Shown here piece after piece: positions 52,737 through 64,000 of a stretch of DNA of 64,000 bases. The position numbers and the translations under genes were made by a program. The notes under the pieces are model-generated. The model did no database searches, was not told the DNA's origin, and was given only the letters and a program-made list of their open reading frames with translations. Source of the DNA: Gonapodya sp. JEL0774 (taxonomy: Eukaryota); contig JADIIX010000064.1 in the NCBI GenBank assembly GCA_027604505.1, positions 1-64,000 of the forward strand, read 5' to 3'. How positions within the stretch are numbered: position 1 is the first letter of the stretch; the number at the start of each line of letters is the position of its first letter.

Positions 52737-55700
52737 TTACATGATTGCGAAAGTAGGACTACAAATACAGTGCTTGACAGGGAATGGTCTGCTTTGACCA
52801 GAAAGGTACGTGACTTGGTGGTATGTCGATGCTTACGTGTGAGGGAGCTGTCGAAGTCTCTCAATTTCACGGTCTCGCAAAGCTAAGACTTTCTTGGTGG
52901 TCTCCAGGTCTCTTGTCAGAAGTTGGTATGACGAATAAATGTTGTCGGCATGGTCCGCGTTGGTCGATCGACGAATCTACACAATCGCAGTTCATTGGGA
53001 CAGAATGAGGTTAACAATATGCATGTTTCTCGATTTAGGTGCACTGGCTGAAAAAGAAGGGAGAAAATCACCTCAAATTGTCGTTGGGCCTCCAGGTATT
53101 CCGAACGCAAGTTCTTGAGATCCTGGTTTTCCAGATGAATCGCTGTGTGTATTTGGGAAAGCAAGAGTCACTGCTAGCCATTTTCAGTGTACCCAGTTTG
53201 ACTCACCATCGATGTGTGGTTTCAAAGTTCCCACCAGGCTCTTCATCGTCAAGTTCTCCTTTGAAAGCGACTTAACCTCCTCCTCCAGCCGCCTATTCTC
53301 CTCCACTAATCCCATTAGCGCAGATTCCGATCCGGGGCCCGAGGAAACTGTCCGCCGTTGTCTGATACCTCTCGATTCTGAAAGCTTGAAGCGTCCAAGC
53401 TCCAGCTTCAAAACCTTGTTCTCCTGTTGTAGAGATGCCACTTGGCTTTGTATGGCTTGTATGGTGTCAGTCTGCACTAGATCTCGAGCACTCGAAGCTG
53501 ACGAAAGGTCCGCGAGTGTTGCCGAAGAGTTTCCTAGTTGTGAAACCGCTACCGACGTCTCCTCTCTGGCCTTCTGCATTGCAGCTTCCAAGCGAGCGAT
53601 CTCTTCTTGGAGAGCGCTAGCTTCTTGTACTCGGAATTGAGAAACAGAAAGTTCCTCCCGGACTGACCGCACTTGCCGTTCCAGCTCCTTTTTGTCCGCC
53701 TCCCGACCTTCGCGCATCACTTCCAACTGTTCCTGCATGTTGCTCATTCGGTGCTCGAATGCTTCTCTCTCTGCTTGCGCCTCCGTAGTAGCAGAGTGCA
53801 AATCGCTAGTGAGCTTACGAACCTCAATCTCACGTCTTACCTTCTCTTGCTCAACGAGAAGAGTGGTAGACTGCAGAGCTAAATCTTTCCGCTGAATCTC
53901 GGCAACAAGCTCCACTCTGACCCTTTCTGCTTCCAGCCCACTCTGTTCCACGAGCTCCCTCAAACTTTCAATCTCTTGCTGCTTTTCTCGGAGAAGAAGA
54001 GTAATTTTATCTTTGGCCTCCCTCATCTTTATTTCCAGTCCTCGAGACACCTCCAACCGTTCCTTTTCCGCATCGTCCACAGCCCGACGCAGACGCTCAA
54101 TCTCAGCTTTGGCATCATGAAGCTCATTCTCAACGGACAGTTGCTTCGAGGTAAGATCACGCTCTCGCGATTCGTGGTACGCGATCTGCTCCTCAAGGTT
54201 TGCGATGTGAACGGAGGACATGGCCCTTTCATCTCCAGCGTCAGCGGAAAGTTGGGCAATTTGGGCTCTCGCATCTTCCGCAATTTTCCTGAGCCGACAA
54301 ATCTCTTCCTCGGAAGAGAGTTGTAGAGCAGAGTAGCGAGCGTCTAGCTCACTAAAGGAAGCCTACGTACAACACGGTGCAAAATGAGAGCCCGAGCGAA
54401 AATATGGGCCACAACGAAGCTTCCTACCTGTACATCCGCCAACTCTGTCAGAGCGCCTCTCGTCGTCCCAAGTTCCAGGGTAGCCTCACTCAATCTTTGT
54501 TCGAGGATGGCGACATTGTCCCGTAAGTTAGACTCCATCACAGACCATGCAGTCGACTTTCGGGTCAAATCATCTCGATAGTGAGAAATTTGTCGCTCGT
54601 AATTGGTTTTCGCGTCTTCGGCTTCTTCGCACAATCTGGACACACGAGCCTCCAGGGTTGATCGCTCCTGTTCAACAAGATTCAGCTTCATCGCAAGATT
54701 TCCTTTTAGCAATCGTTCCATCGCTAGATCTTCCACCAGGCTCGCAACTTTCTCAGTCGTCTCCTGCACATCATTCGCGGTTCGCTGAGCCAGTGTAGTT
54801 GAGTCAGCCAGTTGCTGTTCCAGCAACGCCAATCTTGATTGATAATCCGCTTCCGTGATGGTCCAATCTTCACGGAGTCGGGCAATCTCAGATCTCAAGT
54901 GCTCGTTCTCGATGCTCATAGTCAAAACTGCCCTGTCTTCTTCACCTGACGCCGTTCTATCGTCCGAATCCGAATTGTTGTCACAGATTATCCCCACACC
55001 CCCTGCCTCCGCCAGTGTGGTCTGAGCTTCTTTAAACTCATCGGTTGAAGTCCTAAGCCTTTCAGATTCACCCTTGAGTAGGTGGTCGAGTCGGTCCAAC
55101 TGATCTCTCTGGTCTCGCCACAATTCTTCGAGCTCCGCAGCCCGGGTTTCGCTGGAAACTAGCTGAGCTCGCAATTCAGCATTCAACACCATCAAGTCAG
55201 ATAGAGGTGTCAGCTGACTCTCTTTATCAGCGTCGAAATCTGGATCCCATTCACCAATGGCGTCAGCAATTCCTTGCACGGCATCGTGACTTCCACGTAA
55301 ATACTCTGTGGAGCGACTGAGAGTCGCTCCTTCATCCCTCAAAAGACTTTCAAGGTGTTTCAAGTCCTCCTTGTGGGCTTCCAGCAGTGTGTTCACCTCC
55401 GTGCATCGAGTCTCGCTCGCCGACAACCGAGCAATCAAATCCGCATTTTCTTCAGAAAGCGATGCAATCTGGAGCGACAAAGCATCAACTTCGGTAGCAT
55501 ACCTCGCGCTTAGCTCCGTATCCCCCATACCGTCCTTATTCTTCGTGTTATCAGCAGTTTGTTCCGTCTCACGCAGCCGCTCAACAAGCTCATTCCTCTC
55601 CAGTTCTAGTTCATCTGCCCTCTCAGCTAACTCAGTTGCCCGTGCCTCAGTTTCCTTCGCCAACTCCGAGAGGGCTTTGGCGTGTTCTCGTATATCATTG

Positions 55701-58700
55701 AGTTCGGAGATCTGCCCTTCCAATAATTCTTCACGCTCTAATGCATTTCGTAGTTGCTCCTCTAATTCCATTACTTTCTGCTCCACCACTCGAGACTGCA
55801 TCTCGAGACTCCATTCATCACCTTTCTTCAGGGAGTAATCGAGAGAACCGCTATCAGGCAAGTCCAAGTCCTCATCCAATCCATCCCAACCGTTTTGAAT
55901 CTCTGCTCCGTTGTTCTGCGGCACAAGCTCAGTTTGCGCTGGGCAGGCAACATCAACGGCTTGTGAACTCGACTCTCCAGCATATTTGGGGACAGGGTCA
56001 TACTGCGCCAAGACACGTGCCAATTGATCTTCAAGCTCCGCGACACGTACTTTGAGCGCTACGATCTCGTCGCTAGCATCAATCGTTCCCTGTGGGACTG
56101 GCTCATTCACCGCCTCCTCTTCTGTGGACAATGCTCCATCCAAGTCCAGATCTTGCGAATCTAAATCCCATCCATTCGCACTTGGTGCGTGCCGAGGGGT
56201 GCTAGGATCGCTGTTTTGCTTTCTTGAATCCTTTGATTCGTCATCTGTAACATCCACTACCGGGCGTTGTCCTAGTTCGGCCCTTCTCTCGGCATCTAAC
56301 ATCCTCAGTGTTACCTTCGCTAGCTCTGCTTCCAAGTCTACTAATCGCTCTTCCAAATGTACATCTCTTCGCCACCCGCCCTTCGTCTCCTCTTCCCCAG
56401 CGTCATTCTGCGGCTGAGGAAGCGACAGGGGCGATGCGGGAGGTCCAGCATAGCCTATCAATCCAGGAGTGATCGCGGAAACAGCAAGGGTCCCTGGTGT
56501 TGAGGCCGAAAGTTCAGCGCGGAGAATTGTGGCATCTCGCCTCGCTGCAGCAAGCTCCACTTTGCCAGCCTCCACTTCTCCCTCCAAAACGTCCACCGCT
56601 GTCTTCAACTTGACCACTTCCACGACCACTTCCTCCCTGGCCTTCTCTGCAGCTTCTCTACCACTTCGTTCCCCTTCCCATCTTTCCACTGCCTCCCGCA
56701 ATGCGTCTTCCATTTCTTGGACTTCCTCGCGCGCTGCGGCAAGGTCCCGCTCGAGCGATGTAATGCGGCGGAGGAGGTCCCGCTGTGGAAGAAGTGCCGA
56801 GGGCGATTGTGGGGCAGAGCGGACTTGGAGTGCAGGGAGTGTTGGTGACGTGATCGGAGTCAATGACGAACTCGACGTGGCAGCTAATGCTGTTCTCTGT
56901 TGCTGTTCGGCTACTTCTGCACGCTTGCGTTGCACCACCAATTCCTCCATGGATTGCTCGACCTTTTGCTTGAGCATCGCCGCTTGCTGACGCGCGACCA
57001 GTGTTGCCTCTTTCTCTTCCGCGAGTTTGAGTTCCAACTCCGCCACCCGTCTATCAACAACCATTTTCTCCGCCAATTCTCCCTTGCTCCGCTCAACGAG
57101 CAATTTCAGTCTGTCCGCTTCTTCGCGAGCCAAGCGCGAGGCTTCGTTTGCCCCAACGACTCTCCGCTCTGCCTCCTTTAATCGCCTCTCTGCCCCTTCT
57201 CTCGCCTTCTGAGTTTCCTCGGTCCGCATCTCTGCCTCCTCCCGCTCAGCAACGGCCTCGTCCTTCTGCTTTCGCGCCTCCACCACCTCTCGCTGGGCCT
57301 CCTCAGCTCTCCTCTCAGCCCTCTCCAACTTTAACTTCACATCCTCTGCAAATTTCCGTTCTCTGGCCGCAGCCGCCCGTTCTGCAACTGCCTCCCGCTC
57401 TGCTCTCGCGACTCGTTCCTCGAGGGCCTCACACCTTTCCTCTATGGCCGAGAAATCGGTCTGTGCTTGCGCCAAATCTGCTTTTACCTGTTCCAATTCT
57501 TGATGGACCTCGCTCAGTTCCTCGCGGGCTTCATGACGCTCGCTTCGTGCCTGCTCAGCTTCCTCGTATGCCCGTTCAACCTTTCTTCTCGACGCCTCCA
57601 CCTCTGCTTTCACCCCTTCCAGCTCTCCTTCCAGGACCTTCACTCTTCCCTCCATCTTACCACATCTCCGTTCGGCATCCATGACCAGCTCCCTCGCCTC
57701 AGCCGCCTCCTCTCCAGACTGTTCCATCTCACCCTCAAGGCCTGCCACGCGGAGTTCCAATCCCGCACATCTCGCAAGGGCAGCGTCACGAGATGCAATA
57801 AGCTCAGCTTCACGGATGTTGCTGGTTTGGGCCTGGTCGATCCGTGCGGTGAGCTCGGCAACCGCGGTTCGACTAGCATCCAACTCCCCTGCCAACTTAT
57901 CCCGCTCCCTCTCAGCCGCGTCCGCCCGCATATTTTCTCTGTGTGCGGCCAGCTCCAACTGGGTACATTGCTCCTCCAGCGCTCTCCTCCGCTCCGTCTC
58001 CGTCCTAGCCTCCTCTCTCGCACGGTCAGCGGCTTCCTCACTTCTCTCTGCGTCCCCCCGTGCCTCCTCTGCCCTGGCCTTCCACTGCGCAATTTCTTCC
58101 GCAGCCGTCGCCGCGGTATGCTCCGCACCAGCCGCGCGATGCTCGGCCCTCTGCGCCGCATGATCCGCGGCCTTGGCCCGCTCCTCAACCGCGCGGTTCT
58201 CAGAGCGAAGTTGGGCGATTTCCGCGCGGGCGAGACGGAGAGCATGAGTTGCGTCCGAAAGATGAGAGAGTGAGAGTGAGGAGGCGAGCCGGGCAGTGGC
58301 AAGTGGGTCCGAGGACGGCGAAGGGGGTTGGTGAGTAGTTGAGGTGGGAGAATGTGAAATGGGGGCCGGGGATGGGAGCTACGGGTCAAGAGAGGGGAGA
58401 GTAATGGTGGTTATGTTTGAGGCTCTGGGTAAAAACAGATGGAGGGAAAGAGAGCAACAGCGCGGAGAGATTGTTCCTCTCCGACATTTCATTTCCACCG
58501 GGTCCATCCTGACAGGGACCCACCTTTCCATTCCCACTATCCCCATGAGAGTTTCTGCGAGAGTGAGATCCCATTCCCATTGCCACACTCGCGCGTGGAG
58601 ATACCTGCGACGAAGCCGACAGGCGGCGAGCCTGGGTGGAAGGCGACCCTGGCAGATGTGGCACCGAGGAAGATGGAGAGTGCGGGACCGATTTTGGTTG

Positions 58701-59333
58701 GGGTTTTGATTTGACGGGAAATGTGCTGGAGGGTGATGGAGGAAGGCGAGAAGAGGAAGGTGAGGAAGTGTGTATGGAGGAACGGTGGGAAGGTGAGGCA
58801 GCTGAAGGGGAAGAAACTAGCTTCTGAGAATGAGCCGTTGAAGGAGAGGTAGAGAGGGGGGGTGGAGGCGGTGCACGATTCGCACGGGTTGCCGGAGAAG
58901 TGCGAGGGATTGGTGAAGGGGAGGTCGGGGCAGTTGGTGGGGGTTTGCTTGCGGCGAGAGGGGATGGCGTTGGCAGCGGCAGCGCCAGTGGCAGCAGAGA
59001 GGGTGGGCCAAATGGTGCCGAAGGCGATGTTTGCGATACGAATGACTCTGTAGTCATATCAAAAGTATCTGCGAAATCGACCTCTTCGACCTCTTCTTGA
59101 GCCGGGACTCGAGCTTCGACTTTTTCCATCACAACAGCAACTTCTCGTTCCAATTGTTCGTTTGATTTTTCCTCGGTTGCCCCCTCCTCCGCACTTTCGA
59201 ACCCATCGTCTGACTCGGATTCCCAGAGGCCGACGCTCCCCAGACTGCGAGCACTGCTGCTCCGCGATATCATTGACGCCCGACGGGGTCTCGATGCAGA
59301 CGGGCTCCCAGCTGTTCTCCCATGCGACGCCAT
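52737..59333 (-). CDS. Very large coiled-coil protein (golgin/tether- or cytoskeleton-like) with Pro/Ser-rich N-terminus
   Basis: ORFs 58386-59333, 54344-57958 (1204 aa heptad-rich) and 53184-54221, plus small 3' exons ending TPTFAIM*. Confidence 0.75.
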
Positions 59334-60449
59334 TCCGAGAGTCCTGGTTCACAAAATGGGAACTATGTACGATGCCTTTGTGGAATGTCTGTCCGCTCCT
59401 TTTGTTGCGATTTTCGCCGAAGATGGCGATACCTCGAACGAGTTTGGTGTATCGTCGAGCTCAGACTCGTCCAGCTGCAAGTGTAGCTTAGTTTTGGGGG
59501 GGGGGGCAGTGGGGGTGTGCTGTGTGATGGTTAATTTGCATCCCGAGACTTGTTGACCACCCCAATGATTCTGCCATTGAACCAAAGATTCCAATTTTAG
59601 AACCTTACTTGCTGTCGGCATTGATGTTTTGGCTCACGCAGCAATACCTAGGTATAGCTACTCTCGTTGTTTGGTCTCTATTTCTGGGTAACGACTGGAG
59701 ATGCCGAGTTTATCGATCTGGTGTGACATGTCATTTTATGTAAGTAATCGGAAACAGTTGCTTACTTAGAAACGCATGAGTGTCTATGTGCAGCTTGGGA
59801 GGGGTTCCATGGGCGAGATGGGAAGATGCATAAACGAACAAGCAACGTTCACAATTCGCCACAACCTGCCGACAAAATCAATCACATGAATTAATTGTAC
59901 TATAGATAATAATCCCAATTTTGTCAGACTTATACAGTGGCTGGCTGCACGGCCACCTTGGTGATCTTCCCTACAATGACACCAGGCTGTGCCGCATGTG
60001 GATGATGTACTCTTTCCGCGGTGCCACACTTGCAGTTGTTTTGTTTGGCAGTAGTGAAGGAGCGGGACGGTGGAAAACACGATAATTACGTGGCCCTACT
60101 TGGGAGTAGCAAACCGCACAGTCTGCAACCGTTTCTGTTCACTTACAGACACGTCGAGCAGTTTGAGAGTGCGGAGCAAGGTGTTCCATATGAATCCGGT
60201 CAGTGGTTCTCCCTTCGCATCACCTTTGATCACACTCACTTTATTTATCTACACAAGATTGAGCGAGGAAGTGTTCAGAAAGTGTGTATAGATTCTTGTC
60301 TAGAATAGTTTACAGTCAGGGTCGAACGACTTATGGTACAAGGTGATAGTACACAAGTAGTGGGGAAACTTCGTCGTGCTGTGCACACCGAGTAGGCACA
60401 AGAATGAATTTCTTGGTATTCCCTGGTCACATTCCGCCTCGTCTCCTCC

Positions 60450-63400
60450 CTAATCCTCTTCACCGACCGACGCTCCTCCACTTTGAATGAGCCTTGACAG
60501 CTTGTCGGGAACAGGCTGCCCCATCACCGGCAGCACATGAACAAGCGTAACAACTGTTTCCATCTCAGTTTCATGACCGGCTATCAGTTTCCTGTAAATG
60601 AACACATAGAAGACTGCAAACATCGCGATGCTCAGAACAAAGAGAGCCAATGAAATGGAAAGAGCCAGAGAATTGTCCTGAGGGAGCCAGCGCTTCAGAA
60701 TAAGTTGATCCACGAGAATCAATCCAGAGACAATGTCGTTTTGCTGGCGGGTGTGACATTTGAACAGTTCAACGAAACCACAAACCAAACTTCCAGACCG
60801 GTATGAACTCACAACAGCTTCCATAAAAAGTAGTCGATCATCGACAAAGTTATGAGTGGCTCTCAGAGCATTGATCTGGGAATTGTGACATTTTTATTCA
60901 TTGTCCGGGAGAATATACTGACAGCGACTGACCATCAAAAAGGCTTTTGCACTTCGAATGTAGTCTGAAATCTGTGTGTGCACAATAAGATCATTTGACA
61001 TTAGAAACCATCCTTATCTTTGCAGGCACTGAAATACGTACTATCTGGTCCACAGGACTGATCACCTCCTGATACGTGTACCCAATGGAAGCATTGAAGT
61101 TACGAACATCCGGATTACAGCCAACGTCCGAGGAGCATCCAAAACCTTCAAGAATGGTGTTAACAATAGGAATGCTTGTCGTTGGAGTGATCTCCTTGTC
61201 GCCGTGGCCAGTTACAGCATTTTTGTGTAGAGCCTCGAACTTCGTGATGCTGTATGGTGAACAAAATAATGAGCACTTAAACTATGTACACAACATTCCC
61301 AGCTCACTAGTTTTTTAAGTGCATCTCGGGTTCTCCAAAGGTCCACGTCGAGTTATCTGTTGACGAAAGGCGACGGGACAATCTACGATATCCCCTGATA
61401 CAATGATGTACAGACTAACCTCCGATCAGCACTTCATATCCCAGGGTTCGTGTCATCTGGGACATGAATTTCCGACCACCAGTGTAATTTACGAGCTAGC
61501 ACCGTCATCAAAATCGGATCTGTCAAGAACTGGACACCAAATCTCACAATACAGCCACGCTCTCACCTGGACATAAGCAGCATTTATGGGGAGACGAATA
61601 ATGGCCGGAACCAGAATCGCGCATGCGCATGCGTAGAAGGCAAACAGCGACAGGCCCAAGTGCCATATGTCCTTTCTTCTTCGTCCCATTCGGATCGCAT
61701 CTTCCTAAGGAGTCACGATTTTTCTTCAGCCTTTTGTTAAAGTGCAAATGAAAACTATTTTCGCGGGCGGAACGTGTCTTACCTGTGATGTAGGAGCGTT
61801 CTTAGAATCCGCAATGTCTTCGGTTAAAAACTCCAGCTGTTCATCAATTACGAGGAGGATCTCGTCAATAGACTTCTTCGATATCGCAGGAAGATATTTC
61901 AAGTAGCCTTTTGATTTAACGCCTCGTTCAATTTGCACTCAAGGAGACAAGCCCAAGTGTATATTTACGGAGTTGCGTGTTCCGGACTTCACGTAGAAGC
62001 GGGACCCTTTCAGAAAACAACAATCAAAACTCTTGTGGGACATCAATATTTGCAGTGCTCGATACAAACCAGACAAATGCAATGTTTAGAATACCGAACA
62101 CAATCAAGGCAACCAAGGTCACCTGGTTGACAGCGAGAGTAAGTAGTTAAGTTTTCCAATTTACGAAGGAAATAAAAGGCAAACTCATACCCAGAGTACG
62201 AGAAGCTCATTCACGACCATGGTGCCGAAGTCCGTCTGCCCAACGTCACAAACCGCTGAGAAACGGGGGCGAAAAATGATCCAAAAGGCACCCTTTCAAT
62301 CCTTAACAATATTTTACGATGGTTTCTGAGCTTACCTTTCAAGTTTTCCCCAATAGTTATTACGCTAGATGTTTGTCCGTTTGTCAATACGCATTTCATA
62401 AAACGATAATCGCTTATGATTCAAGCTGGCGACTTACTTGTCGACCAAAAACCTGATTCGATAATCTTCAGTGGGTGGAAATCGTTGGAAAAAGGTGATT
62501 TCTGCATTTCGTGTGCACCTTTCAGACGAGCTCGGCATTGAGAAGTCAACGGCTCACCTTCAGCCAAAAGCTTTCGAACATACTCATTGACAACGTTCGC
62601 AAGCTCAAATTGGTTTATGTACGCAACTTCCGGTGCGGCGGGATTCCTGACCCCGGTGATTTGGTAGTACATTCTCACTTGCACGATATTTTCCAGATCC
62701 GCGCTCCTTTGAAGGACATAAGGTAAGCTAACATTCCCAAGATAATTATTCTGCTTTGTTAGGTCTTGTTTCCATTTCTGGTAGTTGGCGGAATCCCCGA
62801 CATTTCCGAAATAGGACATTAAGCGTGCTGCTTGAACGGCTGCCACAGCTGTACGACCTATTTCAGTGGTCGTTAAGAACGCATCCACGCCCGATGCCAC
62901 TGAATTGATTGAGACATTGATATCACAAGGTGGAGATGGAAACAAAGTCTTATACTGCCACCGAACGCACCGGATGCAAAAACGGAGTTTGTGTACACAA
63001 TTGCAAAAGCAGCAAGGGCTACACAAAGAATCGAGAGTGCTTTCAGCCGGTTCTCGAACTTCTGGGGTACTTGGATCAGTCTCGTAACGAATTCACTGCG
63101 CATTACCCGTGCTCTCCGAGCTTCACGGCTCTCACTGGTCTGACTCGATCCTCCACCATGAGAGCTGGCTGTCTTTCGGGAAACCGGCCCGTGAACGATA
63201 GCTTTAGTCTGCTTACGATTGGCATTCGAGTTCTCCCTACGACTCCCTTCATTGCGCAAATTCGTTTGGATTTCTTGTGTTGATAGTGCCTCTTCAGTAG
63301 TGGGAGCATGAAGATCCACCGAAACAGTAGTGTAGCTTCGGCTTCGGTCATCTTTCAACATCCTCGATTCATTGGGATCGGGTGATTCATCTCCTTCATC

Positions 63401-64000
63401 GTTCTCATCCAGGGGAAGACTGTCAGTGCTGTAGTTTGGATCTTCAAGCTCTAATGAATTTCAAAGATCATCAACTGTGCTTATAGAGAACAGTCACTTT
63501 TCACAACGCACCACTCGCACGATCAAGAAGTATGCGACTCTCATCCAAATCAGCAAGCACTGTAGGGCGCTTGGTTAATTCATCGCCATTCATCGTACTT
63601 TCAGAGACATACCTGTGCGATTAAAGTCGGCAAACAGGCGCAAAATATTCTGTTCCGTTACCAAGGGTCCCATTAACGACACGAAAAGTATTTAGCGCTG
63701 CAAGGACCCACCTTTGATTTTGGAAAGCGATCAATGAGTCGGTTGTAATTCTCCCTAGAAATTCCAATGCAACAGCATCAATGCCCAAAAGTGATTGCCG
63801 CGATCATGTGCGATAATATACCTTGCCAGCGCAGTCGAGGATGCTATCGACGAAAGATATGTGGGATAGTTCAGATAATCCTTTGGGCTGGTGGCCCGAC
63901 GAACGCAAGTCCAAAAGTTCTTGAGAGCCATCAAGCTAGCAATGTGCTGCAACGGCAACAACAGATGGTATATCAACCATGGTGACTTGGCTTCGCTTGT
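60450..64000 (-). CDS. TmcB-like (tiny macrocysts B family) multi-pass membrane protein, 5' part outside window
   Basis: Spliced TPR-like region HIASLMALKNFW...RENYNRLIDRFPKSK|NILRLFADF, Ser-rich linker, three TM blocks, LVNYTGGRK, C-terminal VFYVFIYRKLI...VTLVHVLP. This layout is typical of the family. Confidence 0.7.

Noticed and set aside
53200..58400. Long plus-strand Ser/Leu/Ala-rich ORFs
   Set aside because: These are antisense shadows of the Glu/Arg-rich coiled-coil gene.
60275..63400. Possible degenerate transposon from fragmented ORFs
   Set aside because: The fragments splice into a coherent TmcB-like membrane protein, and there are no transposase or RT motifs.

Overview
Compact, intron-rich eukaryotic (fungal) genomic DNA carrying about 20 protein genes. 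Most introns are short (roughly 40-120 nt) GT-AG introns. Gene content (TmcB-like membrane protein, GDP-L-fucose synthase, TSC1, PPR protein) points to an early-diverging, chytrid-type fungus; this is an inference. Genes in order: PAM2+PPR protein, hamartin/TSC1, Aro8-like aminotransferase, tandem winged-helix protein, serine racemase/dehydratase, PLAC8 protein, class II HDAC, atypical MAPK, succinyl-CoA ligase beta, DJ-1/PfpI, DHA2 MFS transporter, GDP-fucose synthase, F-box, WDR89-like WD40, alpha/beta hydrolase, glycogen synthase, mitochondrial CDF transporter, AIF/AMID oxidoreductase, a low-complexity hypothetical, a giant coiled-coil protein, and a partial TmcB-like gene. I recognised no rRNA, tRNA, CRISPR array or intact transposon. 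The most unusual observations are domain or motif combinations that only appear after manual splicing: PAM2 fused to PPR repeats, TSC1 with a ubiquitin-like C-terminal extension, a double winged-helix protein between two PLP enzymes, an S-D-Y/DLG MAP kinase, and frequent AAG/GAG 3' splice sites. CDS coordinates are gene spans including introns, from hand-built models, and are approximate.
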